Shown one piece after another: positions 18,985 to 28,729 of a stretch of 64,000 bases of DNA. How positions within the stretch are numbered: the first letter of the stretch is position 1; each line of letters opens with the position of its first letter. The DNA is from an uncultured Planctomycetota bacterium (GTDB lineage: Bacteria > Planctomycetota > Planctomycetia > Isosphaerales > Isosphaeraceae): positions 1,856,001 through 1,920,000 of the forward strand of contig CAWGMQ010000010.1 in the NCBI GenBank assembly GCA_963823665.1. Direction: 5' to 3'. A model generated the notes under the pieces. The model ran no database searches and was not told the origin of the DNA. It saw only the letters and a list, made by a program, of their open reading frames with translations. A program made the translations under genes and the position numbers.

Positions 18985-21396
18985 TCATCGCTCCAAGTTT
19001 GGTTGTTTTGCCGTACCATTCATCGCCACGTACGCCTGTCGCCTGCCATTTGGGCTGAAGCGGAGTGTGTCGAAGAAGACTCTCTCGAACGGCGGTCTTT
19101 CGATCCGCTCGCGCTGGCGGCGTTCTCGCTGAATCAACTTATCCTTGAACGAGGCGGGATAATCCCGACGAATGCGCTCGCGAATCGCGCTCTGCTGGAA
19201 GCCGATGAGACAGGCATCGACGGCGCAAGACACGGCCAGCACCGCGAAAAAACAAATGATGGCCAGCCGGATGGCGGATGGCCATCGCGTCGGCGGATCG
19301 GCGAAACGCCGCCGGGCGACGACCAGGAACACCGCACACAGCGCCGCCAGCATCACGGCGACGGCCGCTCGGAACGTACCCGCGAGGATTCGGACCGGCT
19401 GGAGGATCTGGTGTTCAAGCACAGGAACCGCTAGCAATCGCGACAGGACCATCGGCGAGCCGCCGCTGATCTTCTCATTCAAGTCTCGCATGAACACGAT
19501 CAGCGTGTCGTTCTCCAGGAAGAAGAAGCCGACGAGCGCGACCGCGAAAATCGCGAGCAGGACCACGCCTACGCGAAGGGCGTACTTCAGCACGCGAAGT
19601 ACGTACTTCAGCCACCGTCCAATGCCGATCGTCGCCGCGAGCAAACCGGCGACCATCGCGAAGACCGTGGCCAGGCTCACGAGAGTGTACCACTCGACGC
19701 GGAGCTTAAACGCGGCCCAAGAGAGCAGTTCGCCGGTCCGTTTGTGGCCGGGCGCTTGCGCGGCGAACGACTCGGCCAGGGAGGCCGCGGTGCGGCCGTC
19801 GATCGGTTCCCCGAATCGGCGGAACGTCTCGAAGTAGAGCGCACTGTTCCGCAGCTCGGGATCTTTGGTCGTCTCGAGGACCTCGCGAATTTCGGCGTAA
19901 GCCACGCCCCCGTGACCGAACATGGTGAGCGAGGCCCAGCGCTCGGGCAAGTAACGGGCCACGCGCGGATCCTGGGGGTACGCCGTTCGCAATTCGCCGA
20001 CGAGTGCGGCGATCCGGTCGTGAACTCGCCGTCTTTCATCCGCCACGCTGAGGCCGACGAGGTTTCTGACCGCGTTCATGATCGAGATCTTGTCGATCTC
20101 CGTGAGCTCGTGGGGAGGCCACCGGGTCGGGAGCAATTGCTGAATATAATCGACCCAGGTGTTTGTGAACCGTTTCGCAGGGGAGTCCAGCACCATCTTG
20201 CCCTCGAGGTCGAACATCCGTAAGTAGAGGGCATGATTCACATCGGCGACGATGAAGAGGCGGTTGCCGGCTGACGGGAGAGCGTTCAGGTCGGTGACAT
20301 TCCGCATCAATCGGAGCTCGCCGTCGGCCGCGTATCCAATCCCTGGTTTGGTGGCCGTTGCGAGCGCCGCCTCGATCTCCCTGACAATCTCATCAGCCGG
20401 CCGGTGCCCGGCTGCTGAGTGCGCGACGGCGAGCGATGCGAGCGCGGGTGCTCGTCCGGCGTCGAGATCTCGAGCCGGGTGTGCGCGCACCGGTCCTGAC
20501 GCCGATCCCGGCTCCGACCGCGGCCGCGGCGACCGCGAGCAGCAGCAGGACCGCGGCAGCAACCTTGAGCTTGAACATGACCGCTGGCGCAGGACCGCAT
20601 TCATCAGTGAGACGGCTGCCGCGGGGATTGACGCGACCCCCGCTTGCGAGCCGCTGCCCATTGCGAGTCGCATGGCGGCCTGGATGGTCGCGGCGGCGAG
20701 CGGTTCGGAAACGGCCGCCCGAGCTCCGTCCGTGGCCAGCAGCGCGACCATCGAGCCGGCGGTCGGTGCCATCCCGCGGCGGACCAGCCGATTTTTCAAG
20801 AGATCGCGGGCTCGCGAGAGCCGTCCGCTGACGCTACCGACCGGCCAGCGCAGCCGTGCGGCCGCCTGGGCGTGGGTCAGGCCCTCGAGATCACAGAGGA
20901 GGATCGGCACCCGGTACTTCTCCGGCAACCGGCTCACTTCCTCGTCCAGCGCCGCCAGCAGCTCCACCCGGCCGGCGGGAGGTTCCGAGGCGACAGGATC
21001 GAATCCGAGCGGTACGGACCGCTCGCGGTCGCGCTCGGAGCGCGCCAAAGCCTTGGCGGCGACTCGTCGGGCCACGCCGTACAGCCAGCGGCCGAGGGAG
21101 TCTTCCACCCGGACCGATCGAGCCCGGCGCACCAGGACGAGGAACGTCGCCTGAAACGCGTCGTCAACGTCGTTCGGGTCGGTCAGGGCGCACCGGCAGA
21201 CGCCCAGGACCATCGGCCCATGCCGCGCCACCAGGGTCGCGAACGCCAACTCGGCGGCGACCGCGGCGTCCTCCGCCGCGTCACTCCGGGACAGGAATCG
21301 ATCCAGCAACTCCGCGTCGGAAGACACCCCGGTCACGCCCGCGCCAAAGAGCGTGCGGACGTGATGCAGCAGTCCCGACGACTGCACCTTCGCCAT
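18985..21396 (-). CDS. ECF sigma-70 factor with TM and extended C-terminus; two compensating frameshifts (about 20585 and 20490); 3' end probably truncated
   Basis: LVARHGPMVLGVC...DDAFQATFLVL and LCDLEGLTH..AA..L.WPVGSV..RL.RAR. The TM helix MFKLKVAAAVLLLLAV lies in another frame. Confidence 0.85.
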   Translation of the reverse strand: MAKVQSSGLLHHVRTLFGAGVTGVSSDAELLDRFLSRSDAAEDAAVAAELAFATLVARHGPMVLGVCRCALTDPNDVDDAFQATFLVLVRRARSVRVEDSLGRWLYGVARRVAAKALARSERDRERSVPLGFDPVASEPPAGRVELLAALDEEVSRLPEKYRVPILLCDLEGLTHAQAAARLRWPVGSVSGRLSRARDLLKNRLVRRGMAPTAGSMVALLATDGARAAVSEPLAAATIQAAMRLAMGSGSQAGVASIPAAAVSLMNAVLRQRSCSSSRLLPRSCCCSRSPRPRSEPGSASGPVRAHPARDLDAGRAPALASLAVAHSAAGHRPADEIVREIEAALATATKPGIGYAADGELRLMRNVTDLNALPSAGNRLFIVADVNHALYLRMFDLEGKMVLDSPAKRFTNTWVDYIQQLLPTRWPPHELTEIDKISIMNAVRNLVGLSVADERRRVHDRIAALVGELRTAYPQDPRVARYLPERWASLTMFGHGGVAYAEIREVLETTKDPELRNSALYFETFRRFGEPIDGRTAASLAESFAAQAPGHKRTGELLSWAAFKLRVEWYTLVSLATVFAMVAGLLAATIGIGRWLKYVLRVLKYALRVGVVLLAIFAVALVGFFFLENDTLIVFMRDLNEKISGGSPMVLSRLLAVPVLEHQILQPVRILAGTFRAAVAVMLAALCAVFLVVARRRFADPPTRWPSAIRLAIICFFAVLAVSCAVDACLIGFQQSAIRERIRRDYPASFKDKLIQRERRQRERIERPPFERVFFDTLRFSPNGRRQAYVAMNGTAKQPNLER

Positions 21397-21488
21397 GGCT
21401 GATCCCCGAAAGAGCCCGATGATACTCTATGCCTACCATCCCGGCTCGGGGTAATCTCATACAAGATTCTTTCCGGGAGGGGTTCCAA

Positions 21489-21980
21489 ATGTCCGTGCAG
21501 CGTCCCTCGACGGGTAATCTAATGGGGCTCGTGGCCGTCGCAGCTGCGAATCTGTTTCTGCTACGGCAAGGTATCACGCTGCTGCTTGGAAAACCGCTGT
21601 ATCTCTACCTGTTCGTATCCCTGAACATGGTTCTCATCCAGGCGGTCGTGCGCGGGAAGCCGCTCGGGCGCTCACACGCGAGTTTTCTGATCTTGGCTGC
21701 CATCTCTACCTGGCTCTGTACCTGGCTCTGCGACCAGCCGCAGATGTTGCGCGGTGTGAAAGCCATGTTGTACTGGTATCGCGAAGCGACCGGCTACTTG
21801 CCCGCGTTCTACTCCGCTGGGAGGCCCGGCTTCGATAAAAGGGTCCGACTTACGTTAATCGTGGTAAGTTTCATATTATCTGCCATCGCGGCCGCCGTTG
21901 TCGGATCGCACGGCCGCGGGCGGGAGACTCAACTTCCTGGTAGACGGCTCTCGTCCTCTTCATCCGTGACCGCGTCTTGA
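21489..21980 (+). CDS. Membrane hypothetical protein
   Basis: ggagg SD and four hydrophobic segments. Confidence 0.7.
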   Translation: MSVQRPSTGNLMGLVAVAAANLFLLRQGITLLLGKPLYLYLFVSLNMVLIQAVVRGKPLGRSHASFLILAAISTWLCTWLCDQPQMLRGVKAMLYWYREATGYLPAFYSAGRPGFDKRVRLTLIVVSFILSAIAAAVVGSHGRGRETQLPGRRLSSSSSVTAS

Positions 21981-22035
21981 TTCACGGTGACGTTGTGCGG
22001 CTTCGCGAAAAGCTCCTGGTGGAGTTCCCCCCCGT

Positions 22036-22064
22036 TTGACGCCCCTCCCTCACCCCTGTACAAT
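22036..22064 (+). promoter_or_regulatory. Sigma70-type promoter
   Basis: TTGACG (22036-41), 17-bp spacer, TACAAT (22059-64). Confidence 0.7.
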
Positions 22065-22070
22065 CCACCC

Positions 22071-22192
22071 TCGCGTACAGGACGCACCCAGTCCGCGGAA
22101 AGGGTAGAAGCCCACCTGCTTGTTGCATCGCCATACGAACCTTCTTTCGGCCCGTTATGCGGACACCGGGCGCACACGGAAAGAAGGTTGCC
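22071..22192 (+). ncRNA. Candidate cis-regulatory 5' leader RNA with SD-sequestering stem and pseudoknot
   Basis: Exact reverse-complement pairs: aaccttctttc 22138-48 with gaaagaaggtt 22179-89; gcccg 22150-54 with cgggc 22167-71; loop gcggac 22159-64 with gtccgc 22091-96. Confidence 0.6.
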
Positions 22193-23439
22193 ATGTCTAC
22201 ACACTCCGAAGAACCCGCGCGCCAGCTCCCGGCGAACCCCGACCTCCGTCATCTCAAGGACCAGGCCAAGGACTTGCTCAAGGCTGGTCAGGCCCAATCA
22301 CTGGCCAAGGCGCAGTTCCAGATCGCCAAGCGGTACGGGTTCGCGAGCTGGGCCAAGCTCAAGGCACTCGTCGAATCACTCCAGCTTGCCGGGCAGCTCA
22401 AGCTAGCGATCGACGCCAACGATCTGGCGCTGGTCAAGCGCCTCATGACACGCCACCCGGAGCTGCACCGCGCTCCACTCGGCTACGGCAAGAACGGGCC
22501 GCTCACGTGGGTTGCCGAATGCCGCGTGCCGCGCGTGCCGCCGAACGAGACACGGCTCGCCATGGCGCGCTGGATGATCGAAAACGGCTCCGACATCCAC
22601 CAAGGTGGCGACGGGCCTCTCATGCGCGCGGCGCTCGACGATATGAAACTCCCCATGACCGAGCTTCTTGTCGCCCACGGCGCCGACGTGAACGCAGTCT
22701 GGGGCGGAACGTATCCCATCATCCTCGCCCCGCTCGAGGCATTCGCGCCCGGACCTTGCAGTGGCTGCTCGACCACGGCGCCAACCTGCACGTGGCCAAT
22801 TGCGACCCGATCGAGATGCTCACATGTATCTATTCGCGAAGGGCCAAGGAGAAAAACGCGTGCTTCGAGATCGTCGGCGCGGCCGGCTTCGCGCTGCCGG
22901 ATACTCCGGTGATGGCACTGCACCGCGGACGGCTTGACCTGCTCCAGGAGCACCTCGACCGCGACCCGTCGCTGCTGGAGCGCCGATTCACTTACCGCGA
23001 GATCTTCTTCAATCGCGACGGCGCGCCGGGTGATGCGTATCCCGCGACGCCCGTGTCCGGCGGCACGCTCTTGCACCTGGCGCTCGAGTTCGACGACATC
23101 GACGTGGCGCGCTGGCTCATCGAGCGGGGAGCGGACGTGAATGCCCGCGCCGCGAACGAGGCCCTTGTCTTCGTGGGCCACACGCCGCTCTTTCACACCG
23201 TCGTCAACCTGGGGTCAATGGGCCGGGGAGACGACTCAAAGGCGAGGCTCCTGCTCGACCATGGCGCCGACCCGAACGCCCGGGCGAGCTTCCCGCACGA
23301 GGCCACGTTCCACGGCAACGCCCCCACCGAGGCGCTTCACGACGTCACGCCCGTCGGCTATGCCCGCCGGCACCCCGACCAAGGCGTGGTGAACGCCCCG
23401 GCGCTCGCGGCGATCATCGAGCGCGGGGGGAAGGAGTGA
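22193..23439 (+). CDS. Ankyrin-repeat protein with small N-terminal helical domain; frameshift near 22755
   Basis: RQLPANPDLRHLKDQAKDLL...AQFQIAKRYGFASWAKLK followed by ankyrin motifs (TLLHLA, GADVNAR, HTPLFH). ORFs 22157..22912 and 22120..23439 join. Confidence 0.85.
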
Positions 23440-23497
23440 GCCGGGTGTGTTCAAACCTGGGTCTTCGAGCGTGCCGAGGTTCCCTCCAGCGGTTCCG

Positions 23498-23755
23498 TCA
23501 CTGCGTCTCCTGGCGGTCCTGCGTCTGTTTCCGTTTTGCTAATGTCTCAAGACGTCTCTGGTTCCTCGCTTCAATGCTCAACTCGATCGCTTCCGCTCGC
23601 GCCTGCTGCTGCAGATACAGAGGCCAGGAACGCGCTAGCCGGGCCTGGAGGGCCGGCTCGCGTTGTGAGGCCCGGTTATGCTGCACCACCAGGGCGACGC
23701 ATAGGGCCGCGATCACGATCAGCAACATGAGCGTCCGCAGCCGGAAGCGTTTCAT
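23498..23755 (-). CDS. Small membrane-anchored protein, RFRLRTLM N-terminus + coiled coil
   Basis: gagg SD; MKRFRLRTLMLLIVIAALCVALVVQ. Confidence 0.75.
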   Translation of the reverse strand: MKRFRLRTLMLLIVIAALCVALVVQHNRASQREPALQARLARSWPLYLQQQARAEAIELSIEARNQRRLETLAKRKQTQDRQETQ

Positions 23756-23849
23756 GGCACCGCCTCGAATGTGACATGACTTTGTCCTTGCTCACTCCTC
23801 GCCGGAAGCCTCCTTCTTCAGCTCTGCCTCAAGCTCCTGCGAACCCCAG

Positions 23850-24298
23850 AGGCTGACGGCGACCCCCTTGCGGAGTAAGGCGGCACACTTGGCAACAAAG
23901 GCCTGACGCGACTCCGGCCGATCCTTGTTGGCTGGGCTGACAAATTCGATGGCAGCGACCAGCGTTCGTTCTCGCTCAAGGTCGAAGATGCGGACTTCGT
24001 ATTCGTATTCATCAGGTGGGTCGGTCTCAACTGAGACCGCCGGGGCCGTCGCAGTCCAGGCGACGGTGGCCGTGCCGCCATTGCCGTTGGTTGCCACAGT
24101 GCGGGGTATCTCGTGCGATTCCAGGGCGCCCACATCGATTTCCATCAGCGTGCCGAGATTGACGCGCGGCTCGGCAACCTACCCGGGCGGGAGCTGTTTC
24201 CGCAGTTGCTGAATGATGGTCGCCGGCCACATGCCGTCGAAACCCTCCCACGATGCTTTCTTGCTCACAGGCGGGCGAAAATGATCGCGAAGCGGCAT
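23850..24298 (-). pseudogene. Second DUF4058 copy, frameshift near 24180, 3'-truncated
   Basis: High nucleotide similarity to 16187-16586. Ends in an unrelated tail (GSQELEAELKKEASGEE). Confidence 0.85.
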
Positions 24299-24329
24299 GG
24301 CGCTCTCCTTCACCGCGATTGTATCACGG

Positions 24330-24396
24330 CGATCACCGTCGACGACATCGGAACGAAGGTGACTCCTGTCGGTCGTCTGGGCCAGCCGCTTGGCAA
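24330..24396 (+). pseudogene. Internal fragment of the 16767/30299 gene
   Basis: gtcgacgacatcggaacgaaggtgact...ccgcttggcaag matches 16881-16940. Confidence 0.85.
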
Positions 24397-25805
24397 GTGG
24401 AATCGATTTTTGCGAGTCGGAAACCGGAGATCGGGAACACGCACAGGTGGTAATGAGGAACGCAGGAAGCCAGGAACTGTGGGCGAAAGGCTGGATTCTC
24501 GCGCTTCGCCTTCGGTCCGAGGAAGGCGGTGTACAACCCAGTGGCAACAAGTCTCGAGATGGTGAATTTCAAAGGATAGGCGGTGGAGAGGGCCTGCTTG
24601 GTCTGCAGGGTGAGGACATGGGTTGCCGCATTGTATGTGGCTCTCGAAAGTATCAGGGCTTTATCATCCTTATCGCCGAACCGGCGGTCGCGGCCGGCGG
24701 AAGTGAGGGCGTAGTGCGAGAGCGCTTCGATCGCTGCGGGGTCGACCGTACCGGAAAAGACGATCTGGATGACCTTTGGTCCTCGCCTCTGCGAAGCGAT
24801 GGTCACTGCGTTCACGACGGGCCCAGTTGCGCCAGTGCCTCCGCCACCTCCGCCGCCGCCGCCACCCCCGGAGTTTGTCGCAATCGTTATGGTCGAGGTG
24901 GCGGTAACAGGCGAAGTGTAGCCGTACGAATCGCGGGCTCTCAGGTAGAGTTGGATTCGACCTGTGAGCCCCTTCGGAAGCTGGATCTGGAAGGAGGAGT
25001 AGGTCATCATCCCCCCGGGTATCTGCGCAGTGACCAGCACATTTCCCGAGCCGTCCAGCAAATCGACCGAGGTTGCGAACCCCGCGCTGGCGAACACGAT
25101 AGGCTGGGGGTCTGTCGTGACACCGCCGGCGGGAATCAGTGTGCCGTCACTATTCTTGAAACGCGGCGGCCCCAGGGGCGAAAATATCGATGGATCGGAT
25201 TCTGGGGCAATGACCAGCAGCGTGTTACTCACGACGCCAGCCCCGTCGATCGGATAATACGGACTTGCGACGAAATCGCCCGCGACGCTTGGCGAATCCG
25301 TGATTGTGATCACTCCCGGTCCGACGCGGGAACCCACGTCGACCCTGGTTCCGGGAGGCAGTGAGGACGAATCCCCCGGGCTGTTGAAGAGGGTGACCGG
25401 GGTGTCGGGTGCGACGCCGGAAACGAGGAAGCTCGGCGTTCTCGAGGAACCCCCTTCGATCTGGGTCAGCGCTGCACCGGTCGGCGCGATCGGGATGGGT
25501 GAAGTCGCCGCGACAAAGTAGCTCGCGAGAGTTGGTCCTGCGCCGTACGTCAGTTGTGGCAGATTGGTGGGTTCACCTGGACCGATGCCGAAATGGGCGA
25601 GATTTGCGAAGTTGCCCGCCACGTAGACGTCGCCAGCCGAGTCGGCGCCGACCTGGCTGATTGGCGAGATACTTGCACCTGCCCCTCCAGACTGCATCGT
25701 GTCGCCGATCGCCACGGCGAACGGGAAAGCGGCATCGAGAACAATGCGAGACTCCATTGCCTCTGCCCAGGTTCGGTAGAGTTTCCTACCTCGTACGATC
25801 TTCAT
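24333..25805 (-). CDS. Secreted protein with planctomycete LE(S)R-xxL signal motif, Ig-like domains and poly-Gly linker; true 3' end probably near 24490
   Basis: EAMESRIVLD, a single propeller-repeat-like DSAGDVYVAG segment, RARDSYG, and GRDRRFG.KDD...ATYNAATH. Confidence 0.75.
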   Translation of the reverse strand: MKIVRGRKLYRTWAEAMESRIVLDAAFPFAVAIGDTMQSGGAGASISPISQVGADSAGDVYVAGNFANLAHFGIGPGEPTNLPQLTYGAGPTLASYFVAATSPIPIAPTGAALTQIEGGSSRTPSFLVSGVAPDTPVTLFNSPGDSSSLPPGTRVDVGSRVGPGVITITDSPSVAGDFVASPYYPIDGAGVVSNTLLVIAPESDPSIFSPLGPPRFKNSDGTLIPAGGVTTDPQPIVFASAGFATSVDLLDGSGNVLVTAQIPGGMMTYSSFQIQLPKGLTGRIQLYLRARDSYGYTSPVTATSTITIATNSGGGGGGGGGGGTGATGPVVNAVTIASQRRGPKVIQIVFSGTVDPAAIEALSHYALTSAGRDRRFGDKDDKALILSRATYNAATHVLTLQTKQALSTAYPLKFTISRLVATGLYTAFLGPKAKRENPAFRPQFLASCVPHYHLCVFPISGFRLAKIDSTCQAAGPDDRQESPSFRCRRR

Positions 25806-26007
25806 CGGGGGGAAGCCTCGTCGATGCCGCGGACCGGACGTTCGATCTCTTGAAACCGGATTGGCATCCCTATGCTACACATTTCTTTACAATGTGCGCT
25901 GGGAAACGCGAATGACGCACAGTCTGCGTGGCGGTCTTTCCGGGTTCAAGGACATCGTGAGCCTGATCGGGCGGCGGATTGCGGCGCTCTAGCACGCTGG
26001 CTTCCGT

Positions 26008-26385
26008 CTAGCAGGAATGCACCATGCGACAAGCGGAATTCGTACCACGCTGTGGCCTCCATGATCGCTTTGCGCTCGATTGCTTCTCGTCCAGACTAAT
26101 CGTTTCGTAAACCAATCGCATTTCACGTAGGTACTCATACATTTTATGTATCAGGGTTTCTCGTGGGTCAGCGTCCGGATCACCGATTTCATTCCGTGCC
26201 GATTCCTCTTCGTGTTGCTTGATATAACGCTGCGGATCTGTTGAATAAAGGGCCGCATAGGCGTGAGTCAATGACCTGCGTCGGGATTTCTTCTCTCGGT
26301 CACTCTCTCTACAAAATCAAACCTGGAATGAATGTCTCGCAAGTCCGGCGAAGCATTGTGGATTTCAAGGAGGGCTCGGTTTTGA
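26008..26385 (-). pseudogene. Low-GC fragment of an unknown gene
   Basis: AT-richer segment with ORF 26008..26271 and a frameshifted upstream extension. Family not recognised. Confidence 0.35.
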
Positions 26386-26427
26386 TTAGCCATGCAAGCT
26401 AGCCATATCGTTTAGGCAGCCCCCGGC

Positions 26428-26487
26428 ATGGACGCCGCCACCGAACATCTGGTGCGGAAGTGAGCCGCCGAGCGGTGCGAGCATTGA
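26428..26487 (+). pseudogene. Decayed N-terminus of an HNH endonuclease
   Basis: MDAATEHLVRK*AAERCEH* resembles the MDAATR.LVR.RA..RCEYC start of small HNH nucleases. Confidence 0.5.
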
Positions 26488-26566
26488 CCCACAGCGGCAC
26501 GTAGACAAACCCTTGGCACAACCATTGAAGTAGGCTAGGCTAAGAAATCTGAAAGAGAGTCGTGCT

Positions 26567-26839
26567 ATGCCCATTAATTTACCTAAAGACTTGGAGAGCG
26601 ATGTACGTGCGGCGGTGCTCAGCGGGCATTTTGCGAGCGAGGATGACCTCGTCGCTGCCGCCGTGCGGGCGTTGCTCCGGCAGCAGCCACGGGAGCAGCT
26701 CGCCGCCAAGGCATCTGGCATGGGGTCGATTGGCGCGATGCACGACGACGCGGAGCTCCTCGAGCTGATCACCCAGGGCATCATGAACAGTCGAGAGACA
26801 CGGGCGTTAAGGCTCTCGCCGGAGCTATGTTGCTGCTGA
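26567..26839 (+). CDS. ParD-like ribbon-helix-helix antitoxin (no adjacent toxin)
   Basis: MPINLPKDLESDVRAAVLSGHFASEDDLVAAAVRALL. Confidence 0.75.
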   Translation: MPINLPKDLESDVRAAVLSGHFASEDDLVAAAVRALLRQQPREQLAAKASGMGSIGAMHDDAELLELITQGIMNSRETRALRLSPELCCC

Positions 26840-26873
26840 GGAGGTTCTCGACTTCGGCCAACCGGAGGCAGAG

Positions 26874-28706
26874 TTAGACGACTCGTAACAGTTCTTCGAT
26901 CGAGGTGCGGCCCTGGATCACCTGGCGCAGGCCGTCCTCTTGCAGATAAATCAAGCCCCCTTTGCGGGCCTCGGCCTTGATCTTGCTGATCGATGGGTTC
27001 TCGCGGATCATGTCGCGCATGGCCTCGGTCAGCACCAGAAGCTCGTAGATTCCGGTGCGGCCGAAGTACCCCGTGCCGCCGCATTGCTGGCAAACCTGCT
27101 CGGGATTCTCCGGCCGTCGATAGAGAACGTCGATCTTATCCGCGGGTAGATTCGCCTTCTTCAAGAATTCGGGCTTGGGCTTGTACGGCTCCTTGCACGC
27201 TTCACAGAGCAACCGCACCAGTCGCTGGCCGAGCACCCCGGAAAGAGCCGAGGCGACCATGAACGGCTCGACACCCAGGTCGAGCAAGCGGAACAGGGCT
27301 GTCACCGCATCGTTGGAGTGAACGGTTGAGAAGACCATGTGCCCAGTGTTGGCAGCCTGGCAGGCGATCGAAGCCGTCTCTTGATCGCGGATTTCACCGA
27401 TCATGATCACGTCCGGGTCCTGCCGAAGAATCGAGCGCAGGCTGGTGGCGAAGGTCTGCCCCGCCTTCGTGTTCACCTCCATCTGGGTGATGTTCTCAAG
27501 GTGGTGTTCGATCGGGTCTTCGATGGTGATGATGTTCTTCTGGTAGCGATCAATCTCCCGAAGCGCAGCATACATCGTGGTCGACTTGCCGGCGCCGGTT
27601 GGGCCGCAGCAGAGGAACATGCCGTGAGGCTGGGTAACCAGGCCGCGTACCTGCTCGATCAGCTTGGGGCGCATTCCCAAGTCTTCCAACTTGGTCATGG
27701 CCGAACTGTTGTCGAGGATTCGCATCACCAGCTTCTCGCCTGCGTTCGACCCGGCTGTCGCCACGCGGAAGGCGAGGTTGCGCCCTGCCAGGGTCGCGCC
27801 GAAGGATCCGTCCTGAGGCTTCCGCTTATCGGCGATATCCAATGCCGAAAGGACTTTGAGTACGTTGACGACCGCGTCGCCGGTCGGCCGGTCGAACGGC
27901 TCGGCAACGTGCAAGATACCGTCGATGCGGTACCTCACAGAAAGCTGCTCGCTGGTTGGCTCGAGGTGGATGTCGGTTGAGCGCCTGAGCACCGCGTCGT
28001 ATACCAGTTCCTTGGCGGCCATGTAAGAGCGCGACGCTTCGGCTTGCCGTACGCGCGACGGATCTTCCTTGGCCGAGCCCTGCGTTTTGCCGATGAACAC
28101 GATCGGAGGCCCGGAGCGGTCTACCGTGCCCACGTCCGTCCGCTCCGCGTCCGGATTGTCCGCCTGGCGAACACGCGAAGCACCGCTCGTGGGCGGGTCC
28201 AATTTGAAGGATTCTTCATGCCTCGGCTCAGGTCGGTTCGCCGGCGTTTCAGCGGCAATTATACTGTCATCCGTCACAGATCTCCTTTTACCAGGAGACG
28301 TGTCGGTGGTCGGTACGGATTGCTCAAGGCCAGTCCGGCGCAGATACCAGTCGAGAACCTCGCACAAATCATCCAGTACCCTAGCCGCATCACTTGGTTC
28401 TACGTTTTCGCCGTGAGGGCCGAGGTTGCCCATGTCCCTGATCGAGCTCATCCTCGACAGGATGCGGCGTTCCAGCTTCCGGGTGAATTGATTGTCGTTC
28501 AGCACATCTCCAAGCAATGGCCGCCTGGGTTCTTGGCCCATCTCCGCCTTGTAAATGCGGAGTACGAGCTTTTCCAGTACGATCCGAGATTTGGTGAGGG
28601 AGCTCCCTGCATCGGGGCGGATATAACTCAATGCCAGCCGGAGTTCCGCAGAGAATTCCGTGAACTGTTCCTCCAGCTTTCTAACGCGGGATTCTAGATC
28701 GTCCAT
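26874..28706 (-). CDS. DUF4145 (HEPN-like) domain fused to a GspE/PulE/PilB secretion ATPase
   Basis: N-terminus: SR..LEKLV...IRDMGNLGPH. C-terminus: TDIHLEP, RYRIDGIL, Walker A GPTGAGKST, TIEDPIE, LRQDPDVIMIGEIRD, TGHMVFSTVH, CxxC...CxxC. Confidence 0.9.
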   Translation of the reverse strand: MDDLESRVRKLEEQFTEFSAELRLALSYIRPDAGSSLTKSRIVLEKLVLRIYKAEMGQEPRRPLLGDVLNDNQFTRKLERRILSRMSSIRDMGNLGPHGENVEPSDAARVLDDLCEVLDWYLRRTGLEQSVPTTDTSPGKRRSVTDDSIIAAETPANRPEPRHEESFKLDPPTSGASRVRQADNPDAERTDVGTVDRSGPPIVFIGKTQGSAKEDPSRVRQAEASRSYMAAKELVYDAVLRRSTDIHLEPTSEQLSVRYRIDGILHVAEPFDRPTGDAVVNVLKVLSALDIADKRKPQDGSFGATLAGRNLAFRVATAGSNAGEKLVMRILDNSSAMTKLEDLGMRPKLIEQVRGLVTQPHGMFLCCGPTGAGKSTTMYAALREIDRYQKNIITIEDPIEHHLENITQMEVNTKAGQTFATSLRSILRQDPDVIMIGEIRDQETASIACQAANTGHMVFSTVHSNDAVTALFRLLDLGVEPFMVASALSGVLGQRLVRLLCEACKEPYKPKPEFLKKANLPADKIDVLYRRPENPEQVCQQCGGTGYFGRTGIYELLVLTEAMRDMIRENPSISKIKAEARKGGLIYLQEDGLRQVIQGRTSIEELLRVV

Positions 28707-28729
28707 ACACCTTGATCCCTCGAGTGAGG

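Noticed and set aside
20490..20585. Programmed frameshifting or phase variation of the ECF TM helix
   Set aside because: Both shifts lie in gc-rich dinucleotide contexts like the other probable assembly errors, and there is no slippery heptamer.
24836..24870. (ccg)n microsatellite as a contingency locus
   Set aside because: It encodes an in-frame poly-Gly linker with mixed codons.
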